This document shows, piece by piece, positions 28,395-37,432 of a stretch of 64,000 nucleotides of DNA. The notes below the pieces were generated by a model. It had not been told where the DNA came from. It made no database searches and worked only from the letters and a program-made list of their open reading frames with translations. Source of the stretch: Candidatus Dormiibacterota bacterium (GTDB taxonomy: Bacteria; Chloroflexota; Dormibacteria; Aeolococcales; Bog-877); contig DAHWNZ010000008.1 of assembly GCA_027339635.1 (NCBI GenBank), positions 1,859-65,858 on the forward strand, in the 5' to 3' direction. Positions within the stretch are counted from its first letter, which is position 1; each line of letters starts with the position of its first letter. Both the position numbers and the translations under genes were made by a program.

Positions 28395-29192
28395 ATGGGC
28401 TTGGATCGACCACTGGAGGTGACGGACGAAGGCCACGGCTCTCTTAAGACCGTGGTCGCAGACCTCAACCGCCGCTTTGGGCCCACGATGGTGCGCTATG
28501 GCGGCGCTGGCGAGCGAGGTGGGCTGGAGACGGGAGTTCTTTGCTTGGATGCTCTCTTCCCGGGGGGAGGGCTGCCGCGGGAGCGCCTCAGCTGGGTAAC
28601 AGGTAGGGCTGGAGAGGGGGTGTTCGACCTTGGGTTGGCGCTCCTGGCCCGGATCTCCCGCACTCTGCCGGTCGCTGTGGTCGATTTTGATATGCGGGTT
28701 GACCCAGGTGACATCGCGGACTACGGCGGGGCGTTGGAGAACTGCTGGTTGGTGCGGCCCCGGCTGCCGGAGCAGGGATGGGCGGCGGCTCGATCCGTGA
28801 TCCTGGGCGGGGTGGACTTCTGCCTGCTGCTGGCGCACAGCTGGCAGCAGCTGAGCAGATCGGTCCCCGCCCTGCTGGTGGCGGCCTTGGAGGAGCGGGG
28901 GGCGGTTGGGCTTCTCGGAGGCGGTGCGGCTATTCCTCCGAGCCTTCGGGGCCGAGTTGCCATGGAGCTCTCCTGCCGCCGCGAGGGCTGGGTCAGGGCG
29001 CACCGGGATGTGGTTGGAGTCGAGCTCAGCCTCAGCGTGGTGCGCAGCCGGCTGGGCCCATTGGGGGGTGAGTGCCGGCTTGTGGTCGGCTTTCCCCGGG
29101 CCTATCCAAGCCCGGTTGGGGTCGTGGAACGGGGGCAGAGCAGGGATGACGTGTTGATGAGGGAGTCCCTTATGGAGGCGGTTGGGAGTTGA
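28395..29192 (+). CDS. imuA': ImuA'-type RecA-like protein lacking a P-loop (mutasome accessory factor)
   Basis: LNRRFGPTMVRYGG...ETGVLCLDALFPGGGLPRERLSWVTG parallels the RecA N-terminus and core. The Walker A position reads GRAGEGVFD. It is followed by imuB with a TTGA overlap. The start was moved to the ATG at 28395 because 28302 lies inside the promoter. Confidence 0.65.
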   Translation: MGLDRPLEVTDEGHGSLKTVVADLNRRFGPTMVRYGGAGERGGLETGVLCLDALFPGGGLPRERLSWVTGRAGEGVFDLGLALLARISRTLPVAVVDFDMRVDPGDIADYGGALENCWLVRPRLPEQGWAAARSVILGGVDFCLLLAHSWQQLSRSVPALLVAALEERGAVGLLGGGAAIPPSLRGRVAMELSCRREGWVRAHRDVVGVELSLSVVRSRLGPLGGECRLVVGFPRAYPSPVGVVERGQSRDDVLMRESLMEAVGS

Positions 29193-30421
29193 AGGGTGAG
29201 GCGCTTCTCGGCTGCCTCAGGTTTCCTCATCTCCGCCTGCTGCTGGCCTGGCGAGACCATCCCGAACTTATTCCTGAGGCGGTTGTGGTGAGCGGATTCG
29301 GTCCTTCCGACAGGATGGTGGTTAAGGCTGCCTCCGAAGCCGCCATGGCAGCGGGTGTCCACCTGGGTCAGGATGCCAGCCAGGCTGAGATGGCTTCTCC
29401 GGGGGCGGTCCGGCTGCAGGATGAGCACCCCCGTTTGGAAGGTGTGCGTGAGCAACTTTTGGCTGTTCTATATGACTTCAGCCCGCTGGTGGAGATCCGT
29501 GGCGACAGCCAGGTCTACCTTGACCTCGGCGGTCGGGATCCCCGCTGGGCCACCAAGGCCGCCCGCGCCTCTCAACTCGGCCGCGCGGTCCAGCGGGTTC
29601 TGGGCGTGGCTCCCGCGGTGGGGGTTGGGCAATCCCGGTTCGTGGCACTTGCGGCGGCGCGGCGAGCCGGGGCGGGACGAATCAGACTGGTGCCCCGTGG
29701 GGCTGCCCCAACATTCCTCTCCACCTGGCCGGTGGCCGAACTGCCACTGCCGCCGAAGACGGTGGCACAGCTGCTGGGGTTCGGCCTGCTGACCTGTGGT
29801 GACTGTTTGGCGATACCACTGGCTGACCTGCAAAGACAGTTGGGGCCAGCGGCGCTGACCCTTTACCGGCTCTGCCTGGGCCAGGATGGGGCAGCCATAA
29901 ATCCCCGTCGCAAGCCGCCGCCATGCGCGGTGCGCAAGGTCTTGGCAGGAGTGGTTGAGAACACAGAGGCGCTGCGCTTCGGGGCCCCGGAATTGGCCGC
30001 GATGCTGGCCCAGGAGCTGGCCAGACTTGGGCTCGCATGCGGTCGTCTGCGAATCCTGCTTTTGGATGAGGATGCGACGGGAGGTGAGCTCGGTCTGGGA
30101 CAACCTGGGGTCTTCATGGATGAGATCACGATTCCAACCCCGGCCGTCACCGCCGAGGATCTGCTTCACCCCATCTTGAGTTTGCTCGCCAGAGCGCGTT
30201 GCCGAGTTCTGACCATCGAGCTGCAGGCCTTGAGCTTGACCCCGCCTCCCCAGGTGCAGTCTCAGCTTTGGGCGGTTGGTGATACCACTAGAGATGAGAT
30301 AGGGCGTGCGGTGGCAAGACTCCACGAGCGGTTCGGCCAGAGCCTGGTCTGGCGTGTGGGTCTGCGTCCTGGGCATCCCGGAGACGTCCCTGAGGAGCGG
30401 CTGATTTGGCACTCGAGATGA
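29189..30421 (+). CDS. imuB: ImuB, catalytically inactive Y-family polymerase homolog
   Basis: It has Y-family palm/fingers-like collinearity, but the acidic catalytic residues are absent (CLRFPHLRLLLA in place of D-x-D..., SQVYLD in place of SIDE). There is a candidate clamp-binding motif, QSQLW, at 30257-30271. Context with imuA' and the SOS box supports the call. Confidence 0.7.
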   Translation: MKGEALLGCLRFPHLRLLLAWRDHPELIPEAVVVSGFGPSDRMVVKAASEAAMAAGVHLGQDASQAEMASPGAVRLQDEHPRLEGVREQLLAVLYDFSPLVEIRGDSQVYLDLGGRDPRWATKAARASQLGRAVQRVLGVAPAVGVGQSRFVALAAARRAGAGRIRLVPRGAAPTFLSTWPVAELPLPPKTVAQLLGFGLLTCGDCLAIPLADLQRQLGPAALTLYRLCLGQDGAAINPRRKPPPCAVRKVLAGVVENTEALRFGAPELAAMLAQELARLGLACGRLRILLLDEDATGGELGLGQPGVFMDEITIPTPAVTAEDLLHPILSLLARARCRVLTIELQALSLTPPPQVQSQLWAVGDTTRDEIGRAVARLHERFGQSLVWRVGLRPGHPGDVPEERLIWHSR

Positions 30422-30663
30422 GTGCAGCGGTGGTTGTCGTCACCGACGGCTCCGGGCCGAGTGCGGTGGATCTTGGCGATGGCATGGTCAAGGTGCGGGA
30501 GTGGGTCGAGCACTGGGTGGTTGAGGTGGGTTGGTGGCGCACGCCACCCCAGCAACGGCAGAGCCGCGACTACTGGAGGGTACTGCTCGATGACGGACGC
30601 TGTCTTGACCTCTACCGGCAGTCTCGGGGAGCATCCTGGCGGCTTGGGCGAATGTGGGGCTGA
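30418..30663 (+). CDS. Small protein resembling the detached C-terminal domain of ImuB (GWW...RDYW...LYR...W motif)
   Basis: An ATGA overlap with the imuB stop. The pattern VGWWRTPPQQRQSRDYWRVLLDDGRCLDLYRQSRGASWRLGRMWG matches my recollection of the extreme C-terminus of proteobacterial ImuB. Confidence 0.55.
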   Translation: MSAAVVVVTDGSGPSAVDLGDGMVKVREWVEHWVVEVGWWRTPPQQRQSRDYWRVLLDDGRCLDLYRQSRGASWRLGRMWG

Positions 30664-30742
30664 GCCCGTCATTGCTCTCAGCTACTCCCAAGCCTTCCAT
30701 TTAGATGACGACCGCATGAGCGACATCTGCTAGCGTGAATTC

Positions 30743-32728
30743 GTGACTCAGAATCAGGGAGGGGGCAACCCGAGCTCCTCGACTGGCCCCAACGGGAACC
30801 AGCAGCGCCGGCCCACACATTGGAGGTCGGTCCAGTTCCTGCTGCCCCTGGGCATCTTCCTGGCCCTCAATCTCCTCATTGCCAACGTCTTCTTTCCCCC
30901 CTCGCAACCCAAGAGCATCACCGTCCCGTACAACGTCTTCTTGAGCGACGTCAAGAGCGGGGATGTGACCAGCATCACCAGCACAGGGGCCTCTATCACT
31001 GGCACCTTCACCCATGCCATGGGGGTGACCCCAACCTCCAAGAACAAGGCCAAGGACTTCTCCACCCAGCAGCCCAGTTTCGCGGGCGGCGGCTTGCAGG
31101 CATTGCTCGAGGCTCACCACGTGACCGAGAACGCCAACAATCCCAATCCGCCCACCAGCTTGCTGGTGGTATTTCTCGAGTACTTCGGACCGACCCTGCT
31201 GTTCGTGCTCATCTTCATCTGGTTCATGCGTCGTACCGCCAACGCCGCTGGAGGGGGGCTGTTCAGCCTGGGCCGTTCCAAGGCGCGTCTCTACGACCCG
31301 GAGCGGCCCGCCACCACCTTCCAGGACGTGGCCGGTATAGAGGAGGCGAAGGAGGAGCTGGAGGAGATCGTCGACTTCCTGCGCCAACCCGGCAAGTATC
31401 AGCGTCTCGGGGGGACCGTCCCCAAGGGGGTCCTGCTGGTGGGGCTGCCGGGGACCGGCAAGACGCTGCTGGCTCGGGCGGTGGCCGGCGAGGCCAAGGT
31501 CCCGTTCTTCAGCATCTCGGCGTCGGAGTTCATTGAGATGGTGGTCGGAGTTGGGGCGTCGCGAGTGCGCGACCTGTTCTCCAAAGCCCGTGAGGCGGCG
31601 CCGGCCATCATATTCATCGACGAGCTCGACGCCATCGGGCGCAGCCGCAGCGCCGGGCCGAGTTTCGGCGGCCACGATGAGCGCGAGCAGACCCTCAATC
31701 AGATTCTGACCGAGATGGACGGCTTCGACTCTCGGGAGGGCGTCATCGTGCTGGCGGCCACCAACCGGGCGGACGTCCTCGATGCCGCCCTGCTGCGGCC
31801 GGGACGCTTCGATCGCCGGGTGATGGTGCAACCCCCAGACCGGGTGGGGAGGGCCGCGATCCTGAAGATCCACACCCGTGGGGTGCCCCTGGGGAGTGAT
31901 ATCGACCTCGACAACCTGGCCTCGCAGACGCCGGGGCTGGTGGGGGCGGAGCTGCGCAACCTGGTCAACGAGGCGGCTCTTCTGGCCGCCCGCAAGGAGC
32001 GCACGGCGGTCACCATGGCCGACTTCACCGAGGCGCTGGAGAAGGTGCTCCTGGGGGCCGCACGCAGGATCGTGCTCTCAGAGGAGGATCGCCAGCGCAC
32101 CGCGTATCACGAGAGCGGACACGCTCTCCTCGGGCTGCTGGTCCCGGCCGCAGACCCGGTCCGTCGCGTCTCCATCGTGCCCCGCGGAAGAGCGCTCGGG
32201 GTAACCGTCCAATCCCCGGTGGACGACCGCCAGAACTACCCAGAGACGTACCTCAGGGCTCGGATCGTCGGGGCGCTCGGTGGCCGGGCGGCGGAGAAGC
32301 TGATCTACGACGTCGTGACCACCGGTGCGGAGAGTGATCTGCAACAGGTGACCCAGATCGCGCGCCAGATGGTTGTCCGGTGGGGGATGAGCCCTAAGGT
32401 GGGCCCCCTCAACCTGTCCGACGACGGGGACCAGAGCACCATGATGATCTCCCAGCGGCCCTACAGTGACACCACCGCCGAGGTGATAGACGCCGAGGTT
32501 CGGCGCATCGTCGAGGAGTGCTTCGACGAGGCCATGGGCTTGCTAGACGAAAACCGCGAGAAGTTGGTGGCTCTGACCACGGCGTTGCTACGTGAGGAGT
32601 CCCTCAATGAGGAGCAGATCCTGGAGGTCACCGGGCTGCCCCCCAAGCCCATCTCCATGGGCCCCCCCGCGCGCGACCGTAACGGTCGGGTGGCCACCCC
32701 CGAGACGCCTCCTGTTCCGGCCGGCTGA
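30743..32728 (+). CDS. ftsH: ATP-dependent zinc metalloprotease FtsH
   Basis: Two N-terminal TM segments, [18 protein letters not shown] Walker [10 protein letters not shown] Walker B, and a HESGHAL zinc motif. Confidence 0.95.
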   Translation: MTQNQGGGNPSSSTGPNGNQQRRPTHWRSVQFLLPLGIFLALNLLIANVFFPPSQPKSITVPYNVFLSDVKSGDVTSITSTGASITGTFTHAMGVTPTSKNKAKDFSTQQPSFAGGGLQALLEAHHVTENANNPNPPTSLLVVFLEYFGPTLLFVLIFIWFMRRTANAAGGGLFSLGRSKARLYDPERPATTFQDVAGIEEAKEELEEIVDFLRQPGKYQRLGGTVPKGVLLVGLPGTGKTLLARAVAGEAKVPFFSISASEFIEMVVGVGASRVRDLFSKAREAAPAIIFIDELDAIGRSRSAGPSFGGHDEREQTLNQILTEMDGFDSREGVIVLAATNRADVLDAALLRPGRFDRRVMVQPPDRVGRAAILKIHTRGVPLGSDIDLDNLASQTPGLVGAELRNLVNEAALLAARKERTAVTMADFTEALEKVLLGAARRIVLSEEDRQRTAYHESGHALLGLLVPAADPVRRVSIVPRGRALGVTVQSPVDDRQNYPETYLRARIVGALGGRAAEKLIYDVVTTGAESDLQQVTQIARQMVVRWGMSPKVGPLNLSDDGDQSTMMISQRPYSDTTAEVIDAEVRRIVEECFDEAMGLLDENREKLVALTTALLREESLNEEQILEVTGLPPKPISMGPPARDRNGRVATPETPPVPAG

Positions 32729-32809
32729 AGCCGATCGCGCCGCGCTTGCCGTGACTATCGTGCGGATCTGACCCGATAGGATCGTTACCGCTTCATTCGT
32801 GTTCTGAGG

Positions 32810-33946
32810 TTGCCAGCCCTGGAGACCATCCGCTTCGTCCACTCCGCCGACTGGCAGCTCGGCATGTGGAGGGAGCAGTTGAGCCAGGAGGCCCAGGCGC
32901 GCTTTGCCGCGGCGCGCATTGAGGCCATCCGCAGCATCGGTGAGGTGGCTCGCCGGGTCGGGGCGTCGTTTGCGGTGGTGGCGGGCGATGTCTTCGAGTC
33001 CAACCTGCTGGACCCTGCGGTCGTCAGGCGCGCCCTTGATGCCATGGGTGAGGCAGAGGTGCCGATCTACCTTCTGCCCGGCAACCACGATCCCCTCCAA
33101 CCCGGGGGGATCTTCAAGTCCCCGCTGTTTCACTCCCGATGCCCCGCCAACGTCCATCTCCTTTCGGATTCTGAACCCAGGCACCCCATCTCCGGCCTGG
33201 AACTGATCGGGGTCCCATGGCTGTCCAGGCGGCCCATCGGTGACCCCGTTGGCGACTTGTGCCAGCGACTTTTACCGACGTCGGATCGGCGGCTTGTGGT
33301 GGCCCATGGCGCGGTTGATCTGGGCAACCCTGAACCTGGCAACCCCAACCTGATCCGGGTCTCCTTGGTGGAGGAGGCGATCCAGCAGAGGCGTTTGGAC
33401 TATCTCGCCCTGGGCGATCGCCACTCGACCACCTCGGTCGGCTCCACCGGAGCGATCTGGTACTCGGGAACCCCGGAGCCCACCCGATTCACCGAGGTCG
33501 ATCCCGGCAACGTCCTGGAGGTCGAGCTCGGCGACGCCGGACCCGAGGTAATCCCCCATCGGGTCGGGACCTGGACGTTTGTGAGCCAGGACTTCACGAT
33601 CAACGGGAGAGACGATCTCGAGCGCCTTTCCAACTGGCTCGAGGACCGCCCCGCCAAGGAGAGGACGCTGTTGCGGCTGGCTGTGCGAGGGACGGTGTCG
33701 GTGCAGGTGGCGGCGGACCTGGATGCCCGCCTGGAGGGCGCAAGGTCCCTGTATGCAGGAGTCAGGCTCGCCGGCGCTGGAGCAGGGCTGGCCGTGCTGC
33801 CGGACGACTCGGAGCTCTTGGACCTGGGACTTTCCGGCTTCGCCCAGGTCGCCGCGGACGATCTGCGAGCCCGGGCGGGCGCCGGTGCCGAGGTCGCTGC
33901 GGATGCCCTGGCATTGCTGTTCCGGCTGGTGCGCGACCAGGCATGA
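32810..33946 (+). CDS. SbcD/Mre11-like metallophosphoesterase (actinobacterial Rv1277-type DNA repair exonuclease)
   Basis: Motifs FVHSADWQLGM, VAGDVFE, LLPGNHDP, VVAHGAV and LALGDRHS. The stop overlaps the ATG of the ATPase partner. The TTG start is uncertain. Confidence 0.75.
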   Translation: MPALETIRFVHSADWQLGMWREQLSQEAQARFAAARIEAIRSIGEVARRVGASFAVVAGDVFESNLLDPAVVRRALDAMGEAEVPIYLLPGNHDPLQPGGIFKSPLFHSRCPANVHLLSDSEPRHPISGLELIGVPWLSRRPIGDPVGDLCQRLLPTSDRRLVVAHGAVDLGNPEPGNPNLIRVSLVEEAIQQRRLDYLALGDRHSTTSVGSTGAIWYSGTPEPTRFTEVDPGNVLEVELGDAGPEVIPHRVGTWTFVSQDFTINGRDDLERLSNWLEDRPAKERTLLRLAVRGTVSVQVAADLDARLEGARSLYAGVRLAGAGAGLAVLPDDSELLDLGLSGFAQVAADDLRARAGAGAEVAADALALLFRLVRDQA

Positions 33947-36612
33947 GAGTGCACCGGATCGCGCTGCGGCACTATCGGGGCGTGGAGGCTGTGGAGGTCG
34001 AGCTGGACCCCACCGGGGTCACCGTGATAGAGGGCCCCAACGGAGTCGGCAAGACCTCCTTGGTGGAGGCCCTTGCCGTCGGCCTGGGGACTGCGGAGAC
34101 ATCCCGGAGCCGAGCGGTGATGGCTCTCCAGCCTGTTGGCGAGGACGTTGCCCCCGAGATCGAGCTGGATGTGGAGAGCGGGGCCTACCGGTTCACTCTG
34201 AGCAAGGGATATCTGAAGCGTCCCAGGGCAACCCTGCGGGTGGTGGCGCCCAGGGATGAGACGCTGGCCGGTGGGCAGGTGCATGACCGGGTCAATGAGA
34301 TCCTCGACCTCAGCGGCGTGGACCGCAACCTGCTGCGGTCGCTCTGGGTCCACCAGGGTGGGGAGATGGCGCAGGTGGGGCTCAAGGAGTGCCCCTCACT
34401 GGGGCGGGCCCTGGACGAGGCGGCTGGGCAGACTCCCAGTGGCGAGCTCGAGGAGTCGGTGCTGGACCGCGTCCGCAAGGAGGCCTCCAGATTCCTGACC
34501 CCAGGCGGCGCGGAGCTCAAGTGGCTCAACGACCTGCGCACTGCGGTATCCCGTGCCGAGCAGGAGCTCGTGGAAGCTCGAAGCATAGAGCAGAGCCTCC
34601 AGGAGCAGATGGAGAGAAGTGAGCGCGCCGCGAGTGGTCTGGCTGCCCTTGGCGAGCAGCTTGACGCCCTCAGGTCCGCGGCTCGCGCTCATGAACGGGC
34701 GCTTGCCGAGTTGGAACACCAGGAGCAGGCCGTCGAGCTCGCGGCCCAGCGCGCTCATTCGAGTGCGGCTTTCGCCCATCTGGCCGAGGAACGCAGGCTG
34801 AACCGCGCTGCCATCATCGCCGAGCTGGAGGGGGCGAGAGCACGCCTGGAGGAGGCCCAGGAGCTCTTGGCGGGGGCGCAAGCGCGTGAGGCTCCTCTCC
34901 AGGAGAGCCTTCTGGACGCTCAGGCCGAGGTTCGACGTGCGGTCCAGGAGTGGCAGAGCAGATCTGCCGAGCGCCGACTTCGCCAGGGGGATGTGGCGCA
35001 GCTTCGCCGCGCCGATGATCTGCGGCTGCTTGAGGAACGGCGCCGAGCGCTCGATGAGGCGCGGCGGGACCGCGCCGCCGCTCTGGCCGTGATCGAGGCC
35101 ATCCCGGTCACCGACCAGCTCATGGATCTCCTCAGGACCCTGGAATTGGAGGTCAAGATGGCGGCCGCGCGCAGGGAGGCCGCCGGGGCCACCGTCACCT
35201 TCACGGCCGTCGGCGACCTGAGGCTGGAGTATCAGGGCAGCAGGACCCGGATCCTCTCCGGGGAGACGTCGGAATTCACCGTCACCGATGAGGTGGGCCG
35301 TTTCGACCTGGCCGACCAGGCAGTGATCACCGTCACTCCTGGAGTTGGTGCCCTGGCCGAGAAGGAGCGCGCTGAGGATGCGGCGGCCAGGTTCCAGGAG
35401 CAGCTCTCGGCTCTCGGGCTGCAGACGATGAGCCAGGCGGAGTCAGCGCTGCGAGACAGGGCCCAAGCCGAGAGCGATCTGGCGCTGGCGGAGGCTGCCC
35501 TGGAAAGGGCGCAAGAGGGCTGTTCCGCGGAGGAGTTGGACCAGCAGATGGCTCGGCTCAGAGCTGAGGGGAGCGTCTACCTGAGTTCGCGCTCAGCTGC
35601 TGAGCAGATCCCGGGCGACCTGCAGGCGGCAGGCGTCCTCTTGGCCGCAGCTGAGCGCCAGGAGCAGGATTCGGAGCAGTCGAGGACCCGAGCGGAGCAG
35701 GTCTTGGAGGTGCACCGGAGAGCCGTCGAGGAGGTGCAAAGCGAGCTGCAGCAGGCGCGCGCGCGGGCCACTCAGGCGCATCTGGAGGTGGCCAGGCTGG
35801 AGCAGCAGTTGCAGCGGGCGCGCGCCACCGGTGCCGACGACGCGGTGGAGGCGGAATTCACCGAGGCCCGGCGTCTGGAGTCGCTGCATGCCGACGAGTT
35901 GGCCAGGGCCCAGGCCGCCCTGGAAGGGGCGCAGCCGGACGTGGTCCGCTCGCTGGCGGCAAACGCGGCGGCTGCGCTGGCCCGGGCCGAGGCCGAGATG
36001 AGCGAGTTGAGGGCGCTGGGAGTGAGGGCGGATGCCCAGATCGAGGTGCTGGCTCCCCGGGGACTGTTTGATCAGACCAAGAGAAAGGAGCACGAGCTGG
36101 AGCGCGCCAGTGACGAGCTGAACCGTCAGGTGCGGGCGGCCCAGGCTGCCAAGGCTCTGCTCACGGCGATGGAGGACTCGAGGTCCCGGGCTCGGTTGAG
36201 CTACCTGGCACCCCTCAGGGAACAGATCGAGTCCCGGGGAAGGGTCGTCTTCGGTCCGGACTTCACCGCCGAGCTGGACCAGGAGACGCTCCAGGTCGTG
36301 GGCTGCAGGGTGGGCGCCCGCTTCCTCACCTGGGACCGGCTCTCCACGGGAACCCAGGAGCAGCTGGCGATCATAGTGCGTCTCGCGGCGGCTTACCTGG
36401 CAGCTCCCCAGGGGGGCGTGCCGCTCATCATCGACGACGCCCTCGGGTACTCCGATGAGGATCGGCTGGAGAGGATGTGCGCCCTGCTGGGGCGCGTCGG
36501 CCGGGAGGTGCAGGTGATCATCCTCACCTGCATGCCCAGACGGTACCTCCAGGTCGGCGGAGCCAGGACGATCCGCCTCGATGGCGGACACCCGCGCCGG
36601 GAGGAGCGCTGA
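33943..36612 (+). CDS. SbcC/Rad50-like SMC-type AAA ATPase (Rv1278-type)
   Basis: N-terminal GPNGVGKTS Walker A, a long Ala/Glu/Arg/Leu-rich coiled-coil centre, and C-terminal LSTGTQEQL (signature) and LIIDDALGYSD (Walker B). Confidence 0.8.
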   Translation: MRVHRIALRHYRGVEAVEVELDPTGVTVIEGPNGVGKTSLVEALAVGLGTAETSRSRAVMALQPVGEDVAPEIELDVESGAYRFTLSKGYLKRPRATLRVVAPRDETLAGGQVHDRVNEILDLSGVDRNLLRSLWVHQGGEMAQVGLKECPSLGRALDEAAGQTPSGELEESVLDRVRKEASRFLTPGGAELKWLNDLRTAVSRAEQELVEARSIEQSLQEQMERSERAASGLAALGEQLDALRSAARAHERALAELEHQEQAVELAAQRAHSSAAFAHLAEERRLNRAAIIAELEGARARLEEAQELLAGAQAREAPLQESLLDAQAEVRRAVQEWQSRSAERRLRQGDVAQLRRADDLRLLEERRRALDEARRDRAAALAVIEAIPVTDQLMDLLRTLELEVKMAAARREAAGATVTFTAVGDLRLEYQGSRTRILSGETSEFTVTDEVGRFDLADQAVITVTPGVGALAEKERAEDAAARFQEQLSALGLQTMSQAESALRDRAQAESDLALAEAALERAQEGCSAEELDQQMARLRAEGSVYLSSRSAAEQIPGDLQAAGVLLAAAERQEQDSEQSRTRAEQVLEVHRRAVEEVQSELQQARARATQAHLEVARLEQQLQRARATGADDAVEAEFTEARRLESLHADELARAQAALEGAQPDVVRSLAANAAAALARAEAEMSELRALGVRADAQIEVLAPRGLFDQTKRKEHELERASDELNRQVRAAQAAKALLTAMEDSRSRARLSYLAPLREQIESRGRVVFGPDFTAELDQETLQVVGCRVGARFLTWDRLSTGTQEQLAIIVRLAAAYLAAPQGGVPLIIDDALGYSDEDRLERMCALLGRVGREVQVIILTCMPRRYLQVGGARTIRLDGGHPRREER

Positions 36613-36679
36613 AACGGCGCCGAACGCCGCCCGGTCGCCGTCGGCGACGACCACGGTCTTGGGGCGAGAGCGGTTGGTC

Positions 36680-37402
36680 TCAATACCAGATCGCCATCGG
36701 CAGGCCGAGCGGATCGCGAGGAATGGGTGGGGCCGGCAGCGATTGTGCCTGCCCGTCCCGGACCCGGCGGGCGGTCACAAGGCAGGCGCACGCGTCCAGC
36801 ACATCGAGCCGCAGGCCGGGATGGGAAGCCAGCCAGCCGCGAACCCCGCCCATCGCACTCGCCACGAGCTCGACGCGCTGCCCAACCCCGTGAGGCGAAT
36901 GCTTGCTGGCCAGCGGAGTGCACCCCGCGAGGAGATGGAACACCAGCTCCGGGTGACCCTCAAGGACTCGGGCATTCCGAGCTCCGCCGAGCTTGCGGTC
37001 CACCTCCCTGATCCTCTTAAAGAGACCGAATGTCTGCGCGGGGCAACCCCGCCCGTCGAGATCTCGCCACAGCTTGGTGGCTTGACGCTGGGAGTCGGCA
37101 CCGATCACGGGACGGGGCGGAACCAGGAACACCGTTGACCTCGCCGGCCCCAAGAGGCGTCGGGCCAGTCCGTCACACTCCCGAAGGCCACTCGCGGGAA
37201 GTCCAATCGGCACGTCCAGCACCGCCAGGACGGCGCTCCGTCGGGCCATCTCGAGGAAGAGGTCGTCGGTGGAGCTGCAGATCACAAGTTCGGGGTCGTG
37301 GTTGGCTTCCTGAAATACCGCGACCCAGGTGCCGTGGCTTGCTCCGTCGGCCCCTACGATGGTCGTGCGGGGCTCCTCACCGGTGGCGGCCTGGGCTAAC
37401 AC
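36680..37402 (-). CDS. DUF429-family protein (predicted RNase H-like nuclease fold)
   Basis: IVGADGASHGTWV...VLDVPIGLP...RECD pattern, recalled for DUF429. It lies 30 nt downstream of the fused ABC exporter on the same strand. Confidence 0.55.
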   Translation of the reverse strand: MLAQAATGEEPRTTIVGADGASHGTWVAVFQEANHDPELVICSSTDDLFLEMARRSAVLAVLDVPIGLPASGLRECDGLARRLLGPARSTVFLVPPRPVIGADSQRQATKLWRDLDGRGCPAQTFGLFKRIREVDRKLGGARNARVLEGHPELVFHLLAGCTPLASKHSPHGVGQRVELVASAMGGVRGWLASHPGLRLDVLDACACLVTARRVRDGQAQSLPAPPIPRDPLGLPMAIWY

Positions 37403-37432
37403 GGGATCGTCGGCTCAGGTCGGGAGCTGGGA

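Noticed and set aside
32810-37402. SbcD-like + SMC-like ATPase (+ DUF429) as a candidate anti-phage defence system
   Set aside because: The motifs and sizes match the widespread housekeeping Rv1277/Rv1278-type repair pair. There are no neighbouring mobile-element, restriction or other defence genes, and the DUF429 gene is convergent and appears to belong to the ABC exporter operon.
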